From Octopus bimaculoides (Eukaryota): a stretch of 64,000 nt of DNA. The position numbers were made by a program, and so were the translations under genes. Below the pieces are notes generated by a model that did not search any database, was not told the DNA's origin, and was given only the letters and a program-made list of their open reading frames with translations. The stretch is taken from contig NC_068997.1 in assembly GCF_001194135.2 (NCBI RefSeq), positions 12,395,109 through 12,459,108 of the forward strand. Reading direction: 5' to 3'. Of this stretch, positions 25,249 to 36,879 are shown piece after piece (the stretch's first letter is position 1; each line of letters opens with the position of its first letter).

Positions 25249-25348
25249 CGTTGGACAGTTCAGTTTCCTGTTCCAATATGAAGTCTGGAAACAAGCCTGT
25301 TGGACAGTTCGGTTTCCTGTTCCAATATGAAGTCTGAAAACAAGCCTA
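25249..25348. repeat. ~49-bp tandem duplication
   Basis: gttggacagttc(a/g)gtttcctgttccaatatgaagtctg(g/a)aaacaagcct twice. Confidence 0.9.
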
Positions 25349-26168
25349 TGTGCAAAACCAATAAATACTACAAACTAATCAACAGAGAAGTGAATGGTAG
25401 TACCAGGTAGACAGACAAATCCAACAAGGCACCCTCTATGTCATCAATTGACTTGATAGAAATTGCCAACTAATTGTATCAGTGTATTATTGTTTAGTGT
25501 AGTCTGACGTAATAGTAAATAGAATCCTAAATACATTTCAGAAAAAAAGCTGGGATAATTGAAGCTGAAACACAACCATACATCTGCCGAATCAGTTAAA
25601 CAACAAGCTGGAAAAAGTTAAACTGGAAAATCCAGTTACTGTGTTGAAACCTGGTGAGAAATGTATAATCTAACAAGTAAACTGCCCAGATTTCTATTGT
25701 TTTTTAATATAGACAAAGTTTTGGAAGAGTTTCTAATTCTAGAATTCGAACTGCTAGAAATGACAGCAATATCTTGAAATTGAACACAAATGTCTTATAT
25801 GAGTTACCCAGACAAAATTCTAATTGCAATTCCATCTGCTTTGAACATGCTGACTTTTTGCATAAGCCTCAAGCCAGTTCTGATCAAAAGCAATCCTAAG
25901 TTATGCAGGTCAACAACTAAGCAGGATGCAGTTTCAGTCACATCATGCATTGGCATATAGCTTGGGCTGAAATTCATCCCAAACCTTCCTGCAGATAACT
26001 GAAACTGAAATGTTATTCCAACAGCAACAGAAAGCAAATTGATAGCCAAAGCAGTGGACAAGAGAGTAGTAAGACTAGAAGACATAAGAAATTTAGCAAG
26101 AAGCAGTGTAGGAAGCCTGTCAATGACCAGTGTCCTCTCAAAAAGAAAGCAGGTTACAAAAAAGTTTT

Positions 26169-26337
26169 TTAACCCTTTCGTTACCAACCCAGTTAAATCT
26201 GGTTCTGTAGTACAAATGTCTTGGTATGTTCCTAACATAAGATGAATAAGTTATTTTACTAAATTCTTTGTTATATTTAAAATAATTGAAAGAAACAGAG
26301 TACTACCTCAAAATAAAAATGGTATCGAAAGGGTTAA
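26169..26337. mobile_element. TTAA-flanked (piggyBac-like) MITE
   Basis: TTAA-CCCTTTCGTTACCA ... TGGTATCGAAAGGG-TTAA. Confidence 0.75.
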
Positions 26338-27149
26338 AGGGTAAAAGACTTTCCTAATATACAAGCATTTGGAATTGCATTGTGATTGTCTACGTAATTA
26401 GTTTAATTAGCCACTGTTGAGTGGCAAAAGACAAAAATGTTTTAGAAGAATAAAACCGATAAATTAATAAAGGCATAATGCAGTTGGTGAATGACCTAAT
26501 AGCTCAGTCTCTACAGTTGTTGGAGTTGTTAGCTATAGCAGCCGAATGTTCTCCCCAAATAACAGCCTGTTGTTTAAAAAAGGGAAAAATGTCCTGGATT
26601 CTAAGCTTTCAGAACTTAAGGTCACTTGGAAAGCAGCACAGCCCAAGCTGATAAATCAAGAAGAACAAGTTTTCCACTGCCTATGAACCATATTGGAGGA
26701 AAAATGGTTAAGTGGCAAGCAGCCATAACTAATAGTAAAGATGCATGTGGCAGAGTCATAAAATTTGCAAGTCATCAGGAAAGAAGTGAACACTGCTTGA
26801 TAAAAGAGTTCTCTCTATGCAAAAAGCAAGCTTTAAAGCATGTTAAATGTGATGCTGTCTGGCAAATGAATGTGGGGAATTTACAGCAAAGAAGAAGAAG
26901 AAGTTGAGCATCTATTCCTGTATATCAACTAAAGATAAAACAGTATGCATAAATATCAAGATAGAGGAATACATGGAAGAGCAGATAAAGAGGGAGAAAA
27001 GTTATAGAGTTGATAATGTTGGGTATCAGAAACAGAACATCCCAGGAGCACAAAGAATGGTAAATTATTGAAGCACTCTAATTAGGATCAAACAGAAAAA
27101 TTAAATCTGAATAACTAATGAATGTTTTGATATTCTACCAGAAACTTAT

Positions 27150-27964
27150 TTAACTCTTTAGTATTTAAACCAGCCAAAATATTCTATTTGCTTTATGTTC
27201 AAACTGGCCAAATACATCTCTCATCCCTAACCTTGCATCATTCTAAAAGTAGAGCATTCCCATAATTGAAATCTCAAGATAATACATTGTTAATTCAAAA
27301 TGTCAATAAATAAGCATCACGTTTGACAAAGAAATCTGAATGCTAAAGGGTTGAAGTTTCTTAATTCTGTAATTAACACAAAAAGTAACCTTTAATGTTT
27401 TAGCATTTAAACTGACCAAATCCAGCCAAAATATTCTGCTTGTTCTATGCTCAAACTGACCAGATTTAGCTTCTAACATCTACCTACAATGTCATTTTGA
27501 AAAGCAATCACATCACTGAAATATTGAAGCAATGAGATAATGCAGGACTAATTCAAAGCAACATGAACAAATAAGAATTACATAAAAATCTGAATGCTAA
27601 GAGGTTATCTATTTCAAAACTGAATTGAGATATTTTAAAGGGATCACCATAATCTTATCTAAGACCCTTTTTGAAGTCATGTTCTAAACAGAAAAGTCAA
27701 TAGCGAAAGTTATTTCATCAAATTCTAAATATTTTCAAAATTTAACCTTCGGCATTTAAACCAGCCATATCCAGCCCAAATATTGTGTTTTATGTTCAAA
27801 CTGACTACTTCTGGCCTCTCACACCTACCCTACAATGTCATTATAAAACTAAACAGCTACAACCTTGAAACCTCAAAGTTATAAGATAATGCATGGTAGA
27901 TTCTAAACAATGTGAATGAATAAGCATTATATTTGATGGAATAGCCTGAATGTGAAAGGGTTAA
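27150..27964. mobile_element. Three same-orientation copies of a ~210-bp TTAA/CCCTTTAGCATT-type MITE
   Basis: Copies at ~27150-27355, ~27386-27608 and 27742-27964, each ...catttaaac...tgaatgctaaagggttaa-like. Relatives at ~21249, ~23127, ~48149 and 48934-49122. Confidence 0.75.
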
Positions 27965-28405
27965 ATACTGAGGAATAAATTTCTTTAAAAATATGGTCAC
28001 AAAAGGATTAAAAAACAGTAGTTAGTATTCTGCAAAGAACATAATACAGACAATCAGAGAAACTGAAACAGATTCCATCTAGGTCTCTTAGCTTCTCAAA
28101 AATAAAACAAAAAGAAAACTAAGATGAAAGTTAAACATTTTATTATTTCAAAAATGTTAACCATTTCTACTAAATTAGAATGACTGCTCTTCACTAACTG
28201 TCAACGTGATTTTATGTAGTGAAATATGCCGCCAAGATGAAAGTCGCGCCATCACTTACTCTTTTCACTGTGAATTACTCCACTCCAAGGCACTAGTGCC
28301 GAAGAGGTTCACTTTGGTGAGTTTTATTGTTTCGGTTTTTTTTTTTTAATACATTTTCTTCTTACAAACTGCAATCATGCTCTGAATTAAAGATTTAACT
28401 GAAGG

Positions 28406-28569
28406 TTAAAATGCAAAAAGAATAAGGAAAGCCATCATCAAACAAAAGAGACCCATGGCTTCTGACAGAGCAAATCCCAAAATGGCATATGAAAACAGCT
28501 GTTGTTTCAGAGATGGATTTCTGGCATAACCAATTACTAAGTTTCCGAATACACTTCCAATACCAGCAC
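28406..28569 (-). CDS. ATP5MC: ATP synthase F0 subunit c, last coding exon ([53 protein letters not shown])
   Basis: Near-invariant subunit c sequence; acceptor ttcattgtag, phase 1; TAA at 28408-28406. Confidence 0.98.
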
Positions 28570-28812
28570 CTACAATGAAAAAAGGGGTTTTTCTTTTAAA
28601 TTAATCTAACAGTATAAACAATTTAAATCCCTAATAGTCAACCCCCTAGAAAGTTTACAGGGAAAATTCTTAACACCCATATCTACATAATGTTTGGAGT
28701 TCATATACACCTCATGAAAAAAGCCCGATGAAAACAGACTAATTTTTGGCTATCTAATTAAAATGAGTTTAAAGAGATGGGGACTAGATAGATGGTAATT
28801 TAATTCACTGAC

Positions 28813-28909
28813 CTGAACCTGCAGCACCGACTGTAGCTGCTCCAGCACCAATGTATTTTGCTGCCTGATCAATATCGTTTCGTACAGAGCTGGTCTGGAA
28901 AAATCGTAC
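28813..28909 (-). CDS. ATP5MC: ATP synthase subunit c exon (VRFFQTSSVRN-DIDQAAKYIGAGAATVGAAGSG), includes mature N-terminus
   Basis: Classic RxFQTS presequence cleavage region then DID.AAK.IGAGAATVG; caacag acceptor, gtcagt donor; 97 nt, phase 0 to 1. Confidence 0.97.
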
Positions 28910-29042
28910 CTGTTGCAGTAGAAAAATTATCAAATATGTAGCATGAGCTAGAAGGTGAGATAATGATAAACTTATGCTAAAAAAATGAGCAAAGAATAAG
29001 ACAAAAAAAAAAACAAAAAGAGAAGAGTAAAGCATGACAAAC

Positions 29043-29132
29043 CTGGTTCTGGATTAGGGAAAGCATTTGTGATTGTGAAATAGAAAAGCTAGTGCAGCTA
29101 GCCAATGGCACAAGAGACTGAGACTGTGAGTT
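29043..29132 (-). CDS. ATP5MC: ATP synthase subunit c presequence exon (NSQSQSLVPLASCTSFSISQSQMLSLIQNQ)
   Basis: tttttcag acceptor, gtttgt donor, 90 nt, phase 0/0, open, Ser/Gln-rich with no acidic residues. Confidence 0.8.
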
Positions 29133-29189
29133 CTGAAAAATTAAACAAAAAAATTTGTAATGATTCAGATTGAGAAAATGCATCAAGCC

Positions 29190-29500
29190 AAGTAAAATTG
29201 CTGTCATCCATACATACAGGCTTGTCCTTTACAGGTGCCAGTACCATGTACCATCACTGGCATCCATACTTACAGACCTGTCCTCTACAGGTGCCAGTAC
29301 CATGTACTATCACTGGCATCCATACATACAGGCCTGTCCTCTACAGGTGCCAGTACCATGTACTATCACTGGCATCCATACATACAGGCCTGTCCTGTAC
29401 AGGTGCCAGTACCATGTAAAATTGCTGTCATCCATACATACAGGCCTGTCCTCTACAGGTGCCAGCATCATGTAAAATTGCTGTCATCCATATATACAGG
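29190..29500. repeat. 56-bp-unit minisatellite (~5.5 copies) in an ATP5MC intron
   Basis: tgtcc restarts at 29223, 29279, 29335, 29391, 29447. Confidence 0.95.
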
Positions 29501-30240
29501 TGTCAGCGCCATGTAGAATGCATTCACACCAGTGCTGTGTAAATGCAGCCAGCACACACTAAAGTGGTTGTGAGGAAGGAACCATGCCACTACAGACAAT
29601 TTGGAGTCTGAATGGCAACTGTCAAGCCGTGCAACCGATGCCAGCATGGAAAACATGTTAAACAATGATGAATACATTGCTAAAATCTATGTGATGTACA
29701 ACTTAACATTTACTGAATTAATATCTACACTTAAGACCAACAGGCTATTTGATCAGAGTATGTTAAAGTATAAAGGTTTAGGTCAAGTCCAAGGGTGATG
29801 AAAGGCGGCGAGCTGCCAGAAACACTTAGTAGTACTTCGTCTGTCTTTACGTCTCGAGTTCAAATTCCGATGAGGTCGATTTTGCCTTTTGGGAGGTCAA
29901 TAAATTCAGTACCAGTTGCATACTGGGGTTGATTTAATTGACTGGCCCCTTTCACCAAAATTTCGGGCTTTGTGTCAAGAGTAGAAAATACAAGGGAGAT
30001 GAACAGATTTAATTTTGATTTCTAACTCAATTTGCGCTTTGACCTCAAGTGTGTAAACATCAAATATGAATGGGGGTGGGTGGTGAAATCTATTCATAAC
30101 ATTGACAAAGGTGCATTAGACCACTTGTAAAGAACCATCTTCTCTAAGATATTCCTGGGCACTGTAACATTGGTTATTCAAAATCAAATTTTAGTGGGTA
30201 ACAAAAAACTCGCCAAAACAAAAGTTTTAATAAAGCTTAC

Positions 30241-30300
30241 CTCTTGCATTGGTATCACAGTGGAACCTAGAGGTCTCAGAGCCGACCTGCTGCTGGTAAG
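30241..30300 (-). CDS. ATP5MC: ATP synthase subunit c presequence exon (LTSSRSALRPLGSTVIPMQE)
   Basis: ttttcctatattctag acceptor, gtaagc donor, 60 nt, phase 0/0; resembles the LRPL stretch of subunit c presequences. Confidence 0.88.
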
Positions 30301-33147
30301 CTAGAATATAGGAAAAGAATGGAATCAAAAGATGATGAATAAAAATTCAAAAAGAGTATCCAAGTACAATTTAAAATAGATGGGGTAAAAAAAAAAAAAT
30401 CATGTCAATGCTAGTAGCAACAAGCTATCACCTTGAAAAATAGAAACCCACTAGAAACAGCAGCCTCCCCACCTTATCAGCTTTTTTAAAAAGTGGGAAT
30501 GAATTTACTTCGACGTTCCATACTTCATGATAAAAGAAAAGGATATATTTTCTTTGTTTTAAATATTCCTTGATTTCAAACAACGGAAATTACGATTCTG
30601 AAAGTTAATTTTAAATTTATTCCCAAAGCATTGTATCTTTTTCTTTCTAATGAGGTAATGGGGCCTTAGGAGGCAGCTAGTCCAAAATTCCGAATGAAGT
30701 ACGACAGTAGAGGTTATCCTGACCGAGTACTTGTGCGACCGTAAAAACTCGAAGATATTCGAAAACTACCATTTAACAAGTGGTCATCACGTTATGTAAT
30801 GTCTGATCAATAATTGTCAGATTCATTTTCAGTCATGTCGCTAAATGATCTAAATGATTATTACCGCTTAAATAAATTTAAAAAATAAAATAATTTATTT
30901 ACTAATTTAAAAAAAACTATCCGACCAACATAGCTTTGGGTTTTTTTTTTTTTTTAATCAATGAGAAAAACCATTTAAAAATTCTAGTAAGACTAGACTT
31001 AAAAATTCTTTGTCCATATTCGTTTACTGTTAGTTGTAATTCTGGCAGATATACCAAATTATAAAAATACATCAAACAACGCAATGCGGCATGAAATTAG
31101 TCAAGATGAAGCGAATAGTGTGACTTTTGTCGAAATGATTAACAGATAAAAAAAAAAATAATAATAATAATCTCAAAGTAAACTTGAGACAAGATATCTT
31201 AAGCAATTTAGTTTCTAGGACATTTCAATGACACAGGTGAAACTGTTAATTAAGACAAGTTGTTCGAGGTGAAATTAAGGAAAAAAGGGCATTTTTAGGT
31301 GTGACCTTAAGTGACCTTCGTAAACAACGAACGGTTTTGTTGACTGCATAGGAAAAAGGAAAACTAAGTAAATAGCTAAGGTTTCTTATTGAACACATGA
31401 CTGGTTAGGGTCAAATTTGGGACAAATACAGAAAGAAAAAAAACGAGGGAGAGAGAGTGATAGAGAAGTACAGAATGATAGAGAGATATACAAAAGATGC
31501 AGACAGAACGTAAGACAATGGAGGGTCACGAAATCAATAAAAATGTCTAAACCCCATCACTGTAGGACAAACCTATAAGCAAAGTTATGGTAACCGGAAC
31601 CCTTTTATTTTCTCAATGGTACTTGGGGGTTACATTATCCAGTGTATCTTTCACTTGCAATTTAACTGCTATTTCTAGCAGATGAACCCACCATATTTAA
31701 GACAGTTACTGCATCGCCCAAGATTAAAGCTTAGCCTCAGGCAAATTCTAAATCAAGCCAACCTGGCCGAAAGCATTGCCAGCCATCCGTGAACATCACG
31801 TCTTTTAAAAGGGTGTTGGTGGTGTAGAACTACATTATGCAATTTGCCCTCCCCCCCACACATTTTAAGACGGTACTGCGACCACGTAGAGGCTACCTTG
31901 AAGGGAGGTTACTCTAGATTTGTGGCTAAATTATTATGGAGAGTAGGGAGGTGACCTCAGTGGAAAACCACTAAATGAAATTCATTAGGAGTTATGGAGA
32001 CATCAAGCATTTACATACACAGGAGATATACATTGGAGACATTATATAATATGTAATATATAAAGGAATCTCATGTATATTCCCGATCTCCCATTGATAA
32101 AACGGTTATATAGTCATATTACGTTACACTGCTGAGAAAATAAAATCGAAATATATTCAGCTTTCACGTAAGCATATGAAAAGCACATTTGGAAGGAAAG
32201 TGGGAGGTAAAAGGAAAATGAATTATGTGGCATTCATGACTTTCTGAAGGGCATTTGAAAATTAACAGCATGTAATGGTAGTTTTGATTATAATTACAAA
32301 GGGTTGTAAGGTGCATGACTTCCTCAAGGGCGTTAGATAAGCGAGATTAAACGAAAAGCCAACGGAGAGAGAGAAACGAAACCGTGTCACGATCTAGTCG
32401 AGACCAAAATGCTGCAGAGTACTGCCTACTACATCAACTTAACAGCTAAGATCTCTGCAGAAGAAAATAAGATGTTGGGACATATATGCCCCTCTCAAGG
32501 ACAACAGATTTTGAAAGAGTAGAGTTTTCCGATTAGGAATCGAAACTGGAATCACAGGATCAGATAACTAGGCACTAAAAATGCACTTGCTACGGTTCAT
32601 TTGGGGGAAATGCTAGTTGAAAAACATTTTTTATGAATCTCAGAGATTTATATAAAGGGCAAAGCGAACTGATTAAACTGAATTAAATCAGGCGATAGGA
32701 CATCGATTACAAAGGAAAATACAGAACAAAAACGTCGATCTTTTAAATATATTTCTAGATAATCCTATTTGAGCAGTAAATAAGTATATAACAAAATACT
32801 ACACGCGACAGACTTAAAACAGGATGAAAGTAGAACAGCGGAAAAATAGGGTGTGTGATTTGAATTAGGTGAATATTAAAGAGACAGGTATCTGAAATAA
32901 ATGACTGGTGTGAAGAGGTAAGGATAAAGCAATGAAGGTAAAATCATATGAGCAAAAACAATTTGCCCTTGAGAGGGAAGGAATAAAATATTGGTTACTA
33001 GAATGGAGGGGAAAATGTATTTATAGGACCAATAGAATATAAATTTGACCTTCAAACAAGTGAAATTTTCAATTGGCATGCATTAATAATTGAGGAAAAT
33101 GATTAATGAATTTTTGAATTTAACGAAGTAAAATGTAAATTACGAAC

Positions 33148-33192
33148 CATGCAGCGAGTAGCCGAGGGGATGTATCTGGTGCAGGCGTACAT
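33148..33192 (-). CDS. ATP5MC: ATP synthase subunit c first coding exon (MYACTRYIPSATRCM); exon starts in the UTR at 33225
   Basis: MYAC start typical of subunit c presequences; acceptor ttttcttcag before 33225, donor gttcgt. The five exons total 456 nt, giving a 76-aa presequence plus the expected 75-aa mature protein. Confidence 0.88.
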
Positions 33193-33416
33193 ATTTCTCA
33201 ACAGTGAGTTTTACCCAAGGTAAACCTGAAGAAAATAGAAAAAGAAAGAAAAAAATGCCGGCTGAAGGTTAGTTGGAGGATAAAGAACAGGGGGGAAAAT
33301 CCGAAGAAACTGTAATAAAAGATAGTAACTGTTAATTTTTTTTCTTAAACAACTGAATGTTGAATGCAAAAGCTTTTCTAAAATCCAAGTAAGAAATAAT
33401 GATGGCAAAAATTTAC

Positions 33417-33500
33417 CAGTTAATAAGATGGATTGATCAGGGTAGCTTAACCGCAGAGACGACTCGACAGACTGATTGATCAAGTCAAGAGGGAGAGACC
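33417..33500 (-). other. ATP5MC: Probable non-coding first exon of ATP5MC (5' end approximate)
   Basis: Donor ctg|gtaaat at 33417/33416 upstream of the acceptor at 33226; CpG-containing, starts near a pyrimidine tract. Confidence 0.5.
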
Positions 33501-33765
33501 AACTCACGCATGCGTAAGGCAGCTATTTCAATTCGTTTCGAGATTAGGCCTAGTTTGAGAATATTTTTTTTTTACTATCAATATTTATTATTAAAGTTGA
33601 CAGATTTGTCTATGAAATTGAATGCATAATGTATATATTTAGCTAAAATTAAAAACAATATTGTTATTTTATATTTCATGACGGAAATTCACGAATGAAT
33701 TCCGTCAACCACATGCGTAGCGGCCTGCGTGCATATGGCTACCTTGAGTCTGTAGAAGTTGGCAA
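33500..33765. promoter_or_regulatory. Bidirectional promoter between ATP5MC (-) and JAZF1 (+)
   Basis: Divergent starts; NRF1-like palindrome ACGCATGCGT at 33506-33515, further GCATGCG-like sequence near 33710-33735, and AAATGGCGG (YY1-like) over the JAZF1 ATG. Confidence 0.65.
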
Positions 33766-33865
33766 ATGGCGGTGTTTCTCATTAATAACTGTCAATTTCA
33801 AGGATGCGGACTGCGATTTACGACATTAACAGAACTCATACAACATATAGAAGACACTCATTTAG
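33766..33865 (+). CDS. JAZF1: JAZF1 exon 1 (MAVFLINNCQFQGCGLRFTTLTELIQHIEDTHL), first C2H2 finger
   Basis: Matches JAZF1 N-terminus C-x4-C..L..LI.HIED.H; donor G|gtagg, phase 1. Confidence 0.93.
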
Positions 33866-35004
33866 GTAGGTTCTTCTGCTGCTCTTACTTCTGTATCATT
33901 TCCTCGGTAATAACCAATTGAAGTGAGGCCCCGGCCCGACTTACGCTCAGATCCATCACTCCTTGCTTGAATCACTTCGATTGAAAACAAGTTTGTTTAC
34001 ATTCACATTTCTATTGGAAATACTTGTACATCGTCTTTCTTTCAACGCTCTTTGGCATGACATGCATTGTGCATTTACACTGAGGAATATTTAATATTAT
34101 TGCACGGATGATTGGCGGAGCGCAGCGGACAGATAACGGTGGTGGGGTTAGCTCCCGGCGAACCGAGTCTGCGACCCGGTTTCGTTTCCTGGTTGTAAAG
34201 CTGTTGTTATTTCCAACAATGATGTTAATTACAAACACACGAACCTCACACGATCTATTTTCTCTTATATACCCACGAATCTGAACGATTTAAGGTTGTG
34301 TATATAGAAATGATCGTCTTTACACGATCATGTCCGCGAATTGTCAACGCGACTGCTGTCTTGCAACCAGTTCTCCGCCTTGTTTGCTTGTTATGAAGGT
34401 GTGGTGTCTGATAGCTTTTGCCGGTATTGAACACAGCTGGTCACATCTATCTATCCATCCATCCATCCACCCATAAGTCTGTCTGTCTATCTATCTATCT
34501 ATCTATCTATCTGCGTATGTACGTATATATGTGTGTATGTACTTATGCACGTAAGCACGTATGTATGAATGTATCTATCTATCTATCTATCTATCTGTCT
34601 GTCTGTCTATCCATCTATCCATCGATCTATCTCTTGTACGTCTATGCATCTACACATAAGTCACACACACATGCGTACATCATAAACTTACCTACATGTA
34701 TACATACATACTGAAATACGCCCTAACAGCTGCATGCCATCCATGTCATATCACAAAAATGGCTCGACTGTCATGTTATCCAGCTCGTCTATGCAGTGTA
34801 ATGTTATCATATATCCAAATTTATTAATTATATCTGCTCTGTCCGCACCACCACTACCGCCTTCTCTGATTATCTCTACGCACGTACACACACGCATGTG
34901 TATGTGTGCATAGATATATGCATCGTATATATATATCCAAAGAGTGTGTGTGTGTGTGTATCAGCAAATAAGTGTGCATGCACATGTTAATGGGCGATTG
35001 TGTT

Positions 35005-35047
<43 letters not shown>

Positions 35048-35871
35048 NNNNNNNNNNNNNNNNNNNNNNNNNNNNNNNNNNNNNNNNNNNNNNNNNNNNN
35101 NNNNNNNNNNNNNNNNNNNNNNNNNNNNNNNNNNNNNNNNNNNNNNNNNNNNNNNNNNNNNNNNNNNNNNNNNNNNNNNNNNNNNNNNNNNNNNNNNNNN
35201 NNNNNNNNNNNNNNNNNNNNNNNNNNNNNNNNNNNNNNNNNNNNNNNNNNNNNNNNNNNNNNNNNNNNNNNNNNNNNNNNNNNNNNNNNNNNNNNNNNNN
35301 NNNNNNNNNNNNNNNNNNNNNNNNNNNNNNNNNNNNNNNNNNNNNNNNNNNNNNNNNNNNNNNNNNNNNNNNNNNNNNNNNNNNNNNNNNNNNNNNNNNN
35401 NNNNNNNNNNNNNNNNNNNNNNNNNNNNNNNNNNNNNNNNNNNNNNNNNNNNNNNNNNNNNNNNNNNNNNNNNNNNNNNNNNNNNNNNNNNNNNNNNNNN
35501 NNNNNNNNNNNNNNNNNNNNNNNNNNNNNNNNNNNNNNNNNNNNNNNNNNNNNNNNNNNNNNNNNNNNNNNNNNNNNNNNNNNNNNNNNNNNNNNNNNNN
35601 NNNNNNNNNNNNNNNNNNNNNNNNNNNNNNNNNNNNNNNNNNNNNNNNNNNNNNNNNNNNNNNNNNNNNNNNNNNNNNNNNNNNNNNNNNNNNNNNNNNN
35701 NNNNNNNNNNNNNNNNNNNNNNNNNNNNNNNNNNNNNNNNNNNNNNNNNNNNNNNNNNNNNNNNNNNNNNNNNNNNNNNNNNNNNNNNNNNNNNNNNNNN
35801 NNNNNNNNNNNNNNNNNNNNNNNNNNNNNNNNNNNNNNNNNNNNNNNNNNNNNNNNNNNNNNNNNNNNNNN

Positions 35872-35940
<69 letters not shown>

Positions 35941-36533
35941 ACATCTATATATGTAGGAAGGTGTGTATTTCTGTATTTGTGTCATGGAAACTTAGCTTAT
36001 TGAGTGAATGAGAAGTTTATCGTGTCCCAGGTTCGACCTCACTGTGTGTATATGTGTGTGTGTGTATGCATGTGTGACATTTCGGGCCACTAACTTTTAC
36101 TGTCAGCTCAGGTCTTTCAGCCGAAATTGGGTTGACTGAAACTTTGTGGAAGCTTGTAGCGTGGATCGTACCTTTAAATTCAAGCTTCTCGCCCTGCTTG
36201 TCACGTTATTGATGATGGTGACTCCACCCGAGAATTTTTCATTGGCAGCACTTGAAGTGAATGTTAATCCACATGCACGTTAATTTAGAGAGTGTGGGGG
36301 GGGGGGAGAATTAAAATTGTAAAACTGCCAGAGGATCTATCATCATTGTATATGTCTGTGTGACAGTTTCATCGTAGAAGAATCATTTTCAGCCATTTAA
36401 AAACATTTAAAATTCGTCGCATTCATTTCCCGGTTGTTGCCTGTTAGACAATGTCTTATGTAAGTTCGTCTGCAATACTATTCCATTTAATAAAGATGTA
36501 TGTGTAAATATAGTGTCAAGTACGAGTGCTTCA

Positions 36534-36569
<36 letters not shown>

Positions 36570-36879
36570 CATAGGTCCCTATATAGATATATATACACAC
36601 TCACACACACATATGCACATTTATAAACATATATACAATACAATGCTTCACCAAAACCACTTTTTTATACATACACACACACACACACACACACACCAAG
36701 TGCGGCCCCAGGAATTTTTTGAAGGGAAGGCACCAAGTCAGAAGGGAATGCAATTCTAGGAGAAAAGAGCATAATAACATTATTTAGAAGGGCGCACTTC
36801 TTTTCTTGGGCATGCGCTCCTTAGGCCCCCTCCTTGGGTCCGCCCCTGCACACACATGGAAGAAGCTGGAATATAAAAA

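Noticed and set aside
25804-26238. 144-aa minus-strand ORF
   Set aside because: Begins inside a TTAA MITE; no recognisable domain.
29190-29500. Regular repeat arrays as possible CRISPR (also 37130-37372)
   Set aside because: Eukaryotic intron, no unique spacers, no cas genes.
30690-30800. Possible intronic C/D snoRNA (GTGATGA on the minus strand)
   Set aside because: No D box (CTGA) at a suitable distance and no terminal stem.
34944-36011. Long ORFs spanning N-runs (also at 13.4, 39.1, 43.2, 52.0 and 61.0 kb)
   Set aside because: Artefacts of translating gaps and dinucleotide repeats.
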